DNA of 64,000 nt from an uncultured bacterium. Its GTDB lineage: Bacteria; Hydrothermota; Tepidihabitantia; Tepidihabitantales; Tepidihabitantaceae. Of the stretch, positions 37,542 through 47,353 are shown in pieces. The position numbers and the translations under genes are program-made. Below the pieces are notes generated by a model. That model made no database searches, was not told the DNA's origin, and saw nothing but the letters and a program-made list of their open reading frames with translations. How positions within the stretch are numbered: the stretch's first letter is position 1; every line of letters starts with the position of its first letter. The DNA is taken from the NCBI GenBank assembly GCA_964626075.1, contig CAZVDD010000018.1, positions 18,189 through 82,188 on the forward strand. The letters run 5' to 3'.

Positions 37542-39143
37542 TTACAGATCTTTTCGTCGGGCGCGCCACCGTTTAACAACCCGCTCAAGGTCTGGATTAA
37601 GTAGACCCTCCCGCCACCAGCGGGAAAATTCAACATCACCGCTCTTTGGTTTAGGATTGGGTAAGTCAACCATCATCCGGGTTGGCATCGCTACCGCCTC
37701 ACCCAGAATCAACGCCTCTCCTGTCCTCAACGCCGGCAGCATATTCATCAAACCCGCCAGCGAATCGGGCACCAGACGACGAACATAATTCTGGTCATCA
37801 GGATTCGTAAGACGCATTGCAATAAATGTATTGCACTGGGAAAGAACCGTTTCGGAAAGTTCTTTGGGACGTTGACTGACAACAATCATTCCGATGCCGT
37901 ACTTCCTTCCCTCTTTAGTAATCCGTTCCACCGCACTTCTTGCCGCAGTGAATCGGCCATCGCTCCGAGATGGCACATAATTGTGCGCCTCTTCCAGGAC
38001 CAGAAGTATCGGAAACCGTTCTCGTTCCGGATTCCAGAGGTTAAACTCAAAAACCATCCGGGCAACGACCGCGACTACCACGCCAATCGCCTCAGAAGGA
38101 ACACCACTTAAATCTACTACCGTCATCTGGTGGGGCGCATTTATTGAAAGATAACTCTGGAGCAGTTCAATAAAACTTGCGCTGCTGGTGTAAGTACGGG
38201 GCTTGAACATAAAATTGTACCGCGGGTCAGAAAGTTTGCTGTCCAGTCGAATGAGGAATTTATCAAACACTCCATAAAGTGGACCTTCTTCCTGTTCACC
38301 CTGAGCGTTGTAGACCATCTGGATATTCCAATCGCGCAGCATTGAAACCATATCATCAAGGTCAAAGTAAACGGGCGAATCGGCTGTTATCGAAGAACCC
38401 AACCCCAACCGTTCTCTTGTATCCCACGCCTGCCGTGCTCGCATCAATGAATCGCGTAAAACAACAATCTGATTTTTCGCCGTCGGTTCGCTCATATCAA
38501 CGGTCAGGTCAACAAACTCTTCAAAGTTCAGCAGCCAGTAAGGTAATTCAACATTATCCGCCTGAATAAGGTTTACCTGCTCAGGAAATGCCGCGGCGTA
38601 TTCACCATGCAAATCGAGAACAACGATATGGGTGTTGCGATACTTCTCAATCGCCTCTTGTAAAATACTCACGACGGTACAGGACTTACCACAACCGGTT
38701 GTTCCCAGAACCGCGATGTGCTGCCCAAAGAACTTATCAACATTTATGTAAACCCGTTGATTCTCAGCACCACTCGGTTTGCCGAACGAGAATCCGTATT
38801 CAATAAACTCAGAAAATATATCATCAAGTTCGCTTTCATCAACCATCTGAACCCGTTGGCCAACATTGGGGTACACCGAAATACCCCGGACAAATTTTTT
38901 ATTTTGTTCAAGCGTACCCAGTAAGATGCAATCTGCCACCTTCCGGGAGTTTTTCCCGTTCTCCATTTTGATGCTTGACACCAATCCTATTACGCGGTAA
39001 TCCTGGAAAGATATTTTAACATAGGAACCCGGTTGTCCAGGATAATAACCGTTACTGAGCGGAACTGTTGTGTCCACAGTCAAATCAACCAGCGCCCGTT
39101 CACCATTGACTTCCGTGACATAACCAATATCAATCTGCCCCAC
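37542..39143 (-). CDS. HerA-like (DUF87, FtsK/HerA-superfamily) ATPase with N-terminal HAS-barrel-like domain
   Basis: Walker A GTTGCGKS, Walker B ILLVLEEAH, about 140-aa N-terminal beta-rich domain; 533 aa; no nuclease partner adjacent. Confidence 0.7.
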   Translation of the reverse strand: MGQIDIGYVTEVNGERALVDLTVDTTVPLSNGYYPGQPGSYVKISFQDYRVIGLVSSIKMENGKNSRKVADCILLGTLEQNKKFVRGISVYPNVGQRVQMVDESELDDIFSEFIEYGFSFGKPSGAENQRVYINVDKFFGQHIAVLGTTGCGKSCTVVSILQEAIEKYRNTHIVVLDLHGEYAAAFPEQVNLIQADNVELPYWLLNFEEFVDLTVDMSEPTAKNQIVVLRDSLMRARQAWDTRERLGLGSSITADSPVYFDLDDMVSMLRDWNIQMVYNAQGEQEEGPLYGVFDKFLIRLDSKLSDPRYNFMFKPRTYTSSASFIELLQSYLSINAPHQMTVVDLSGVPSEAIGVVVAVVARMVFEFNLWNPERERFPILLVLEEAHNYVPSRSDGRFTAARSAVERITKEGRKYGIGMIVVSQRPKELSETVLSQCNTFIAMRLTNPDDQNYVRRLVPDSLAGLMNMLPALRTGEALILGEAVAMPTRMMVDLPNPKPKSGDVEFSRWWREGLLNPDLERVVKRWRARRKDL

Positions 39144-39215
39144 TGCTTCCTCCTTTCACATATAAAATTATATCAAAATTAAATCGTTTCGTAAACTGGC
39201 AATTAAAATTAGTAA

Positions 39216-39908
39216 TTAAGCACCCTTCTTTTTACTTTTGCTCTTTCTCCGGTTAATCAACATTTGATTCAACCAATCCAGCCATCCCTCAACTCCTTCC
39301 CCGGTGCGCAATGAAATCGTCATTATCGGCACGCGAGGTTTTAATCTGCGCACCGCCCGCTGAAAATCTTCGAGTTTGAAGTCAACATAAGGCAGCAGGT
39401 CAATTTTGTTGACAATCACAACATCAGATTTGGTAAACATCAGGGGGTATTTAACCGGTTTGTCGCTTCCTTCAGGTGTCGAGACAATCGTAACATTGTA
39501 GTGTACAGGCAGCCGGAACTCTGCCGGACAAACAAGGTTGCCAACATTTTCAATGATTAAAAGGTCAAGATTTGTCAGGTCAATCGAAGGGAAAACAGAA
39601 GCAAGCATCAAACCGTCCAGATGACAGGCGCCCTGAGTATTGATCTGTGTACAACCTACCCCGTGGGCAATAACCCGCCGCGCATCGAGGTCACCCTGAA
39701 TATCCCCTTCAATTACCCAGATGCGCCAGCGCTCCTTTAACGCCACCACCGTCCTTTCCACTAAACTGGTTTTACCAGCACCGGGCCCGGACATGATATT
39801 TATACCCATAACACCATTTTGATTTAACTGCCGGAGCTGCTCCTCAGCCAGCGCATCGTTACTCGCTAGAACTCGGCGCATCACCTGCAACCTCTTCACT
39901 TCTTTCAT
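39216..39908 (-). CDS. hypB: Hydrogenase/urease nickel-incorporation GTPase (HypB/UreG family)
   Basis: GPGAGKT P-loop, CxxC...C metal-binding motif (GVGCTQINTQGACH), NKIDL motif. Confidence 0.8.
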   Translation of the reverse strand: MKEVKRLQVMRRVLASNDALAEEQLRQLNQNGVMGINIMSGPGAGKTSLVERTVVALKERWRIWVIEGDIQGDLDARRVIAHGVGCTQINTQGACHLDGLMLASVFPSIDLTNLDLLIIENVGNLVCPAEFRLPVHYNVTIVSTPEGSDKPVKYPLMFTKSDVVIVNKIDLLPYVDFKLEDFQRAVRRLKPRVPIMTISLRTGEGVEGWLDWLNQMLINRRKSKSKKKGA

Positions 39909-39918
39909 TGATGCCTCC

Positions 39919-41229
39919 CTACTTATGTATAAAGTCCTTTAACCATTTCAGGCTCTTGACATCAATTGGGACAAGCGCCTTCCGGTCACTGCCCACGGAA
40001 ACTAATGCCACCGAACAATCCACCAGCGCGGCAATTTTCTCGATGTATTGCCGGGCTCTGGAAGGTAATGATTTAAAAGTTCGGCAGTTGGTGGTTTTTT
40101 CCCGCCAGCCGGGCAAGGATATATAATCCGGCTCGAGTTCCGGTGCCAAAAATGGGTCAAATTCAAGAATCCTTTTACCCTGATAACGGTAACCCACACA
40201 CACTTTTATCTCTTTAAGGGAGTCAAGCACGTCGAGTTTTGTCAGCACCAATGCATTGAGTCGGTTGTAACGCACTGCCGCCCGAACCAAACCCGCATCA
40301 AACCAACCGCATCGGCGCGGTCTTCCGGTTGTTGCCCCGTATTCGGCACCAAGTTCGCGCAGCATTGACGCCTCCGCCGTGTCCAGTTCGGAAGGAAATG
40401 GCCCGGCACCAACGCGGGTTGTGTATGCCTTCGCCACCCCCACCGCTTCTTCAAGCCAGAGGGGACTGATTCCGCTTCCGGTTGCCGCACCTGCAACACC
40501 TGTAGAAGAGGTAGTGACAAAAGGATAAGTTCCCAGGTCTATGTCCAGATGAGTTCCCTGGGCACCTTCGAACAGTATCCGTTTGTCAGCGCGCAGTGCC
40601 CTATCCAACATAACCGTTCCGTCCCCAACCATCGCTGTTAAATTCTTACTCACCATCCGCACCTCTTGTGCCAGTTCTTTAAAAGAAATTGGCTCTGCCT
40701 GGTACAACTCCATAAGTCGGAAGTTGGCCGCTGCCACATTCCGGCGCAACCTCTCCATAAATAAATCCTCGTTCAACAGGTCACCCGCTCTGATGCCGAC
40801 CCGTGCATACTTGTCTTGATAAGCCGGGCCAATACCCTGACCGGTTGTACCAATTTTTTTCTCTGCAAGTTGTGTTTCCTGTAAGCGGTCCAGCGCCTTG
40901 TGGTAAGGGAAGATAATATGTGCGCGGCGGTCAATGAGCAAACGGTTGACAACATCTTTACCATCTTTCTTTAACAACCTCAATTCGTCTTGAAGGCGAT
41001 AAGGGTCTACGACGCAGCCACACCCAATAATCCCCTTAATACGGGGGTGTAGCAGCCCGGAGGGAATTTGATGGAAAGTAAGCTTATGCTTACCCCAGCA
41101 AACCGTGTGTCCAGCGTTCGGTCCCCCTTGAAAACGAACAACAATTTGGGCGTTTTGGGCAAGAAAATCAACTACCTTACCCTTACCTTCATCACCCCAC
41201 TGAGTTCCGATTACTACCAGGTTAGGCAC
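39919..41229 (-). CDS. purA: Adenylosuccinate synthetase
   Basis: MPNLVVIGTQWGDEGKGKVVD... canonical PurA N-terminus, 436 aa. Confidence 0.92.
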   Translation of the reverse strand: MPNLVVIGTQWGDEGKGKVVDFLAQNAQIVVRFQGGPNAGHTVCWGKHKLTFHQIPSGLLHPRIKGIIGCGCVVDPYRLQDELRLLKKDGKDVVNRLLIDRRAHIIFPYHKALDRLQETQLAEKKIGTTGQGIGPAYQDKYARVGIRAGDLLNEDLFMERLRRNVAAANFRLMELYQAEPISFKELAQEVRMVSKNLTAMVGDGTVMLDRALRADKRILFEGAQGTHLDIDLGTYPFVTTSSTGVAGAATGSGISPLWLEEAVGVAKAYTTRVGAGPFPSELDTAEASMLRELGAEYGATTGRPRRCGWFDAGLVRAAVRYNRLNALVLTKLDVLDSLKEIKVCVGYRYQGKRILEFDPFLAPELEPDYISLPGWREKTTNCRTFKSLPSRARQYIEKIAALVDCSVALVSVGSDRKALVPIDVKSLKWLKDFIHK

Positions 41230-41243
41230 TATTCCCTTGCTTT

Positions 41244-42368
41244 TTAAAACCGGTAAGAAAAGGAAAACTTGTAGTTACTTGTCTGGAAATCATAGATGAA
41301 CTGGTCCACGCCAACGTCAAACTGAAATCGTTGAAACTCGATCCCGCCCCCGACGGTAAACCCCAGGGATTTGAATTTACCCAGACCACGCCGGGTTAAA
41401 ACATCCCAGAAACTGTAATGGTAAGTGCCCTGACCCTCGCGCTCAAAAACAAGTCCCCCCCTTTGACCGGTGATATCTTCAAAATACCCTGCCCGTAAAA
41501 ATCCGGCTACCGGTCCGAAACGAGCACCGCCTTCAACCCCAAAACTTTTCCAGGCGTCGCGCCACTCACTGGAAATTTGCTGGCCAAAAGTTTTAGTAGA
41601 ATCGGAAAACGCTCCTACCAGAATCTTGGAGAGCTCGGGCGTAATGCAGACAGAGAAAATCTCGTGTTTTAAAGGATAATAGGCTAAACCAAGCCGCAGC
41701 ATCCGGGGCAAAGGGTCCGATTCACCAGAAGAGGTATAAGAAATGTTCGGCCCAAGGTTAGCTACTGCCAACCCCACAGCGAGAAAGTCAAAAGGTTTGT
41801 AAAGCGCTCCAGCATCAAATGCCCAGGTAATGCCAGTTCCGCCTTGTTCAATCCCCAGTTCGGGCATCGCCTTCCAGACCCAATCCGGAACCAAAAAGGA
41901 GTAAATTAACTTAGCAGACAAACCCACACCTAAATTCGGCAAAACTGGAAAACCGTAAGCCACGGTAGGTGCGACATCAAATGTAGTATATCGACCCAGA
42001 AAATCACCCCGCTCATTTATCACATCGGTTTCACCGGTCGTAAGGTAAATGACATTAAACCCTGCGGTCCCGCGTTCTTGAATGGTGTGCGCAATCCCAA
42101 GATACTCATAGAACATCCCGGGCCAGAGTCCTGGTAACCAGTTACAATGCATCAAGGTGGCATTAGTTCTCTCAAGAAAAGCCAACCCACCGGGGTTGTA
42201 GTACACACTTGAAGCATCGTTGCTGATTGCGGTAAAGGCACCAGCGAGCGAAGTCGGCCGCGCTCCAGGCCAAATCATCAAGAAAACCGCACCGGGGTTC
42301 TGGCTGGCGTAAACTCCTATCGGACTGAGAACGAAAATCAAAGCCAGCCAGATAACTGTTCGTTTCAT
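41244..42368 (-). CDS. Outer-membrane beta-barrel protein, PorV/LptO-like (T9SS shuttle) or FadL-like
   Basis: Signal peptide, alternating amphipathic beta-strands, C-terminal aromatic (…FSFSYRF); immediately downstream of a C25 PorU-like gene, as porU-porV are in Bacteroidetes. Confidence 0.55.
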   Translation of the reverse strand: MKRTVIWLALIFVLSPIGVYASQNPGAVFLMIWPGARPTSLAGAFTAISNDASSVYYNPGGLAFLERTNATLMHCNWLPGLWPGMFYEYLGIAHTIQERGTAGFNVIYLTTGETDVINERGDFLGRYTTFDVAPTVAYGFPVLPNLGVGLSAKLIYSFLVPDWVWKAMPELGIEQGGTGITWAFDAGALYKPFDFLAVGLAVANLGPNISYTSSGESDPLPRMLRLGLAYYPLKHEIFSVCITPELSKILVGAFSDSTKTFGQQISSEWRDAWKSFGVEGGARFGPVAGFLRAGYFEDITGQRGGLVFEREGQGTYHYSFWDVLTRRGLGKFKSLGFTVGGGIEFQRFQFDVGVDQFIYDFQTSNYKFSFSYRF

Positions 42369-42434
42369 TGCAATACCTCCTTAAACATAACTACTACCTT
42401 AAAAGTATAAATAGTTACCTGCGATGGTCAACAA

Positions 42435-45400
42435 TTAACGAACTATAAGAAACTTCTCCCTAACCATGACACGCTCGCCGTAACCGTCCGGGTATAAAAC
42501 TTTTGCCCGCAGGGTAAACAGATAAACGCCGTTGGGCAAAAGAAACCCATCCTGGTCCCTTCCGTCCCAGGTAATCTGGTTGTAACCCCAACTGGCTGGA
42601 AAATCTCCCAAATTACGCACCAACCTGCCGCTCAGCGTGTAGATACGAATTTGGACCGTTCCCGCTTGACTCATAACGAAACCAAACACCGCACCCTGCT
42701 TCACCGGATTAGGATAAACGGTAATTGAATCCACGCAAAGAACTCGGGAGTAAAATGGCTTTAAAATCAATTTTGTCGTTGTACGGTTGAGAAAGTTGTC
42801 GGCAACAACAACGAATAAAGTATCAACCGGTCCGCTCAAATTTAACTGAATCCGTGCCCGGGCCAGAGAGTAAGAACTGTCGTCAAATACAAAGTTGTCG
42901 CTGAGCTCAACCGGCGTTAATGGTTGATTGAGATAAAAATGGGGTGCGAAACCCGGAACTGGAGCAATCAGAATACCAGACTGGTCTGAAGCAACGATAT
43001 CAAGCGGTAAATTTGCCGGCACAGTGGCACTGTCCAGCAATCGGCGTCCCCCACAATACAAACAAACTTGCGGACCGGTGTTATCACCTCGGTTTAATAA
43101 CATACTGTTCCAGGAGATGTTACCATCAATTAAGCCCAGATTCTTTATTGCGCCTTTAACCTGAGCACTGAATCGGCAGGAGTTAGCAAGCGGTGCGTAA
43201 TAGCCATTACCCGCCCACACCGTATCAAGCGGTACACCAACCGGTAAGATTCCTTCACAGTAAAACCTGCCATCTTTGACCCGAAATGAACCGCGCGCCA
43301 ATTCATCGCCTAAAATAAAGTATTGAACAAAACCCACCGGTGATTCATAATAACGGGAGCGCATCGGGCCAAATAATCGCCATTCGGCATTACCATCAGC
43401 CAAATCAACAATCGTTTGTGCCCGAAACAATGTACCAGGTTGCAGCGTCTCTGGAGAGATACGCAAATTCTGGGTGGACATCGTTGGTAAATTGAGGACT
43501 GTTGCCGGGTCGCCAAAAAGATGATAGCTTCGATCAGTTACCCAGGCTTTAAAGAAACAGTAGCCCACAGTCCTTATGCTCTCCGGAGGGAAAAACAGCG
43601 GCGTCAATAGATTGCGCGCGAAGACAAGATTGTTTCCGGAAGGTGTCGCCGTTGAAGATGCCACTGTCGCCAGTGCCCCACCCGGCATTCGAACCAACTC
43701 TTCTGCAATGCACTCAGACCGGGTATCGTCAAACCGTCCGACCGAACAACTGCCAAAAAAACAGAACGGGACACGATTCTGATTGTCAATTTCAGAAACC
43801 CGGGCTACGGTCAAAACCTCTTCATGGGTCAGAGAGTACGCCGAGCCATGACCAAAAAACAACCAAATTAACGCCCCGCGATTCAACTGTCGCAAAAGTT
43901 CTCTGTTGGCTTGGGGTTTACTTTTGGAACCGAGAAAGGGGAACTCTGTGAGATAAATTTTTACCGGGTCGAGACGATTTCCCACCAGTGCTACCATACC
44001 CTCGCATTGCTCAATATGTCTGAAGCGCAACTCATCAGGCCGGTCCGGATAGCGCTGATATTCGTCGTCTGCCAGTAAAAGCAACCTTCTCGTCCAGTAT
44101 CCATTACTACCCGTCTCGTAAGCAATCAACTTGTCAACGAACCGCCTCGCTTCGCTTTCACTTCTCACACAAACCCGGCCCAGGATAAGGTCCGGACTGC
44201 CACCTTCACCTTCCAAATCAGCATACCACACATCCTGAGCCAGGGCACTACGGTCTCCGGCATCAGGAATTAGCCCGAATCCAAACTCATAAGGAGGAAC
44301 ACCCGATGGCTGAACTCGGTTGAGGTTGTTTCTGTAATCGTAGGTCCCATCACCGACCAGGAGCGCATATACCGGACGCTTGATTTGAAAGAAACGTTTG
44401 ATCGCCCCCGGCTCCTTCATCCCGTAACCGAAGTCGTCGTAAATCTCCTGAAGATTAACCACCCGAACCCGAGCATTAGGAATACCGGAGACCCGATTGA
44501 AACGAAAACGGGCGAGCTCCTGCATCGATTGCATTAATTCCGGTGGAGTTACTATCCAGTAATCAGCCAGAAATGTCTCATCCCATAGAGAACCCGGTGA
44601 TTTCACCTGAATATCTTTGGGCTTCAACAACTGCTCAGGAGTGGCAATAACAAATTCGGTCCATCCATGCAACCGCCGGCTGAACAACACACTGTCACCC
44701 CGTTTTTCCACCCCGAAACACAGCGCCGGAGCGTACGGGTCGGTAACATCCAGAACAACCGGTACCGCACCCGCGTCCTGAATTAAAAATTGGTAGTCGC
44801 CAACGGTATCTACAAAGAAGTTGCACGGTCCGTTAAACAGAGACAACCGACAGGAATACTTGACCACAAGATAGTCAAGATAAACTTTCTTCTCACCGCT
44901 GCCCCGCAATTCAATCGTCAGCTGATTATCACGAAAAGCCACCGGACCTACCGAATCAATAGAAAAATCGTAAGGGCTGGGATAGGAGCTGGAACCGAAC
45001 TGAAAGTTAGTTAGTACCCTCCCGTTTAAGCGAATTGTTATTTCATTACTCGGCGAAGCATTGTAAAGCCGACCTGAAATCTGGTGAACTTTTATCGGAT
45101 ATTTTAGCTCAAGCGGACAGGAAAACTGAGCAACACCGGCATCCGCTGCTTTAAATATCGTTGACCAGACCCACATCAAACCCGCTCGAGCTGGGCACTC
45201 CCGGTCCAACTCCTGATGAAGCACAACCCGTCCGGTGTTAACAACTGTTGTGCCGGAAGTATCCGGGCCAAATCCGCGCCGCATTCTCTTGCCGGTAAAA
45301 CCGGTCCAGGTAAGCCAGTAGACATTATCTCTGGTGTATAAATTCTTCACCCAGACAGAGCATTTGTTAATCCAGTGGTCTGGTGCCAACCCATAAAAAA

Positions 45401-46436
45401 TTATCGTGTCATTAAGGTCGAATTGCCCATCATCGTCGCCGGTAACCGCAATCGCAACCGGCAGCAACGAATCAGGATAAGAACGGTTGGGCTCATGTTC
45501 ACCAACTGTCCAGAGTGCTAATGATTGCGGATTCAACCCCCGAATTGGCACACCTGCTTGTGCCAGTTCTGCCCCGGTGATACGATAAATACCGGTGGTG
45601 TCGACCGTTATTTTCAACCACTGCGAAGAACGGCGATAAGGGTTCAAAATGGAAAAACTGCTTTTGTAATTTAACTTCCAATTTCTTGCCTGCTCGCCAT
45701 TTAAAAGCATCCCGGCAATCAAATCATCAAGCGGGTCAGGAGAAAAGTTAACTCCCGGGGGTGTTTGGAAATGCACGACCACCTTTACCTCATCGAACCA
45801 GACCAACCTTCTTCTATCGGGCTGGTATTGCGCCGGGTAAATTTTCAAAGTTACAAACCGGACATCGCGCATCACCTCTATTTGCCCCACCTCCACAACC
45901 GAATCTGGATAAAGCGACCGTTCCTCTTTCTCCCAACCGCGCCAGACCGAATCTCCCTCAAATAAAACATAAGGAATACGTCCAAGGATGAAATTTTCTT
46001 TTGCCCCACCTATTTTTGTGCCGAATTCAACCTTAATGCCACCACTCTGCGGCACACCAATGCGTACAACCTTTGCTGGCAGATCGTAGTCGCCCAAAAA
46101 AGCGACCGGTTCAGCATCAGGAAACTCAAGAAGACTTCCCCTTTTATCATCACTCGTTACCGGTTCCCCAGGACGATAAATAAATCTAACACCACGCTGG
46201 TCAGAGTCAAGAACCTGAATTTCCGCCTTAAGATAGCCGGAAAAAAGAGTCAGAACGAGCAATATTAATTTAAAATAGCGATGCACCAGTAAGAAGTAGT
46301 TTATTTTAATGTTCCAATAAGTCAAATCTAAATTTACCTTGAACTGGCAAACAGTCCTTGACCTATTTAATTTGAACTTTATACTCATTTCAATAAATGG
46401 CGACTCGTCCGAGATACCGTAACATTTTAAAGGCAC
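42435..46436 (-). CDS. Gingipain-family (peptidase C25) protein, PorU-like candidate T9SS C-terminal signal peptidase, with C-terminal T9SS-type sorting domain; true start likely downstream of the first Met
   Basis: C25 catalytic-region motifs YALLVGDGTYDY, ...LIWLFFGHGSAYS (His) and PFCFFGSCSVGRFDD (Cys); hydrophobic signal-like segment KLILLVLTLFSGYLKA about 60 aa into the ORF; C-terminal ...VYPNPVKQGAVFGF...GVYLFTLRA sorting-domain-like region. Confidence 0.65.
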   Translation of the reverse strand: MPLKCYGISDESPFIEMSIKFKLNRSRTVCQFKVNLDLTYWNIKINYFLLVHRYFKLILLVLTLFSGYLKAEIQVLDSDQRGVRFIYRPGEPVTSDDKRGSLLEFPDAEPVAFLGDYDLPAKVVRIGVPQSGGIKVEFGTKIGGAKENFILGRIPYVLFEGDSVWRGWEKEERSLYPDSVVEVGQIEVMRDVRFVTLKIYPAQYQPDRRRLVWFDEVKVVVHFQTPPGVNFSPDPLDDLIAGMLLNGEQARNWKLNYKSSFSILNPYRRSSQWLKITVDTTGIYRITGAELAQAGVPIRGLNPQSLALWTVGEHEPNRSYPDSLLPVAIAVTGDDDGQFDLNDTIIFYGLAPDHWINKCSVWVKNLYTRDNVYWLTWTGFTGKRMRRGFGPDTSGTTVVNTGRVVLHQELDRECPARAGLMWVWSTIFKAADAGVAQFSCPLELKYPIKVHQISGRLYNASPSNEITIRLNGRVLTNFQFGSSSYPSPYDFSIDSVGPVAFRDNQLTIELRGSGEKKVYLDYLVVKYSCRLSLFNGPCNFFVDTVGDYQFLIQDAGAVPVVLDVTDPYAPALCFGVEKRGDSVLFSRRLHGWTEFVIATPEQLLKPKDIQVKSPGSLWDETFLADYWIVTPPELMQSMQELARFRFNRVSGIPNARVRVVNLQEIYDDFGYGMKEPGAIKRFFQIKRPVYALLVGDGTYDYRNNLNRVQPSGVPPYEFGFGLIPDAGDRSALAQDVWYADLEGEGGSPDLILGRVCVRSESEARRFVDKLIAYETGSNGYWTRRLLLLADDEYQRYPDRPDELRFRHIEQCEGMVALVGNRLDPVKIYLTEFPFLGSKSKPQANRELLRQLNRGALIWLFFGHGSAYSLTHEEVLTVARVSEIDNQNRVPFCFFGSCSVGRFDDTRSECIAEELVRMPGGALATVASSTATPSGNNLVFARNLLTPLFFPPESIRTVGYCFFKAWVTDRSYHLFGDPATVLNLPTMSTQNLRISPETLQPGTLFRAQTIVDLADGNAEWRLFGPMRSRYYESPVGFVQYFILGDELARGSFRVKDGRFYCEGILPVGVPLDTVWAGNGYYAPLANSCRFSAQVKGAIKNLGLIDGNISWNSMLLNRGDNTGPQVCLYCGGRRLLDSATVPANLPLDIVASDQSGILIAPVPGFAPHFYLNQPLTPVELSDNFVFDDSSYSLARARIQLNLSGPVDTLFVVVADNFLNRTTTKLILKPFYSRVLCVDSITVYPNPVKQGAVFGFVMSQAGTVQIRIYTLSGRLVRNLGDFPASWGYNQITWDGRDQDGFLLPNGVYLFTLRAKVLYPDGYGERVMVREKFLIVR

Positions 46437-47353
46437 TTCTCTATCTCACTCCGGCACTGTCGATTTTACTTGTCTTCCGGATTTTCCCGATTTTTCTGTC
46501 GATTCGGATGAGCCTCTACGACTGGGGTATGGCAGGCCCACGCGCCTTTGTGGGATTGGGTAATTATATCGCAGTCCTCAAGGACCCGCTTTTCTGGAAG
46601 TCGCTGTTAAACACCGGTTGGTATGTGCTATTTGAATTACCGGCAACTCTGCTCCTTTCACTCTTTATTGCTTTACTACTCAATCAACGAATTCGGGGAT
46701 TGAGTATTTACCGAACTATCTATTACCTGCCAGTTGTCACTTCAATCGTTGCAGTGTCAGTAGTCTGGAAATGGATTTTTCATCCGGACCGGGGGGTACT
46801 AAATTATCTACTGTCGCTCATCGGCATCACTAATATCCGCTGGCTGCAAGACCCGAGGGGTCTATTTGAATTGATTTTCGGTTCAGCGGCTGCGCATTGG
46901 CCCTATGCCCTGCGCGGACCATCAGTTGCCCTCTGTTCACTGGTTCTGATGGGTATCTGGAAGGCATTAGGTTACAACATCGTTATCTTTCTTGCTGGAT
47001 TGCAAAACATCCCTCAAACTTATTACGAAGCTGCACGCATCGATGGCGCCTCGCGCTTCAAAACCTTCTGGAAAATCACCCTGCCCCTGCTCTCGCCGAC
47101 AACATATTATGTTTTAATTATGAGTTCAATCGCCGCATTTGAAACCTTTGCCCAGGTTTGGATTATGACCGGCCCACCACCAGGTGGACCTCTTCATACT
47201 ACCAAAGTGGTGATGTACTACTTCTACGAAAACGCATTTGAACTGTGGCGCCTTGGCTATGGTGCGGCAATCGCTTTCCTCGCTTTCCTTATCATCCTGG
47301 GTCTTACCATTTTGCAAAGGGTGTTTTTGGAAAAGAGGGTCCATTATGGTTAA
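46397..47353 (+). CDS. ABC transporter permease (MalF/UgpA-like, sugar type)
   Basis: EAARIDGASRFKTFWKITLPLLSP EAA-loop; 6 transmembrane segments. Confidence 0.8.
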   Translation: MATRPRYRNILKALLYLTPALSILLVFRIFPIFLSIRMSLYDWGMAGPRAFVGLGNYIAVLKDPLFWKSLLNTGWYVLFELPATLLLSLFIALLLNQRIRGLSIYRTIYYLPVVTSIVAVSVVWKWIFHPDRGVLNYLLSLIGITNIRWLQDPRGLFELIFGSAAAHWPYALRGPSVALCSLVLMGIWKALGYNIVIFLAGLQNIPQTYYEAARIDGASRFKTFWKITLPLLSPTTYYVLIMSSIAAFETFAQVWIMTGPPPGGPLHTTKVVMYYFYENAFELWRLGYGAAIAFLAFLIILGLTILQRVFLEKRVHYG

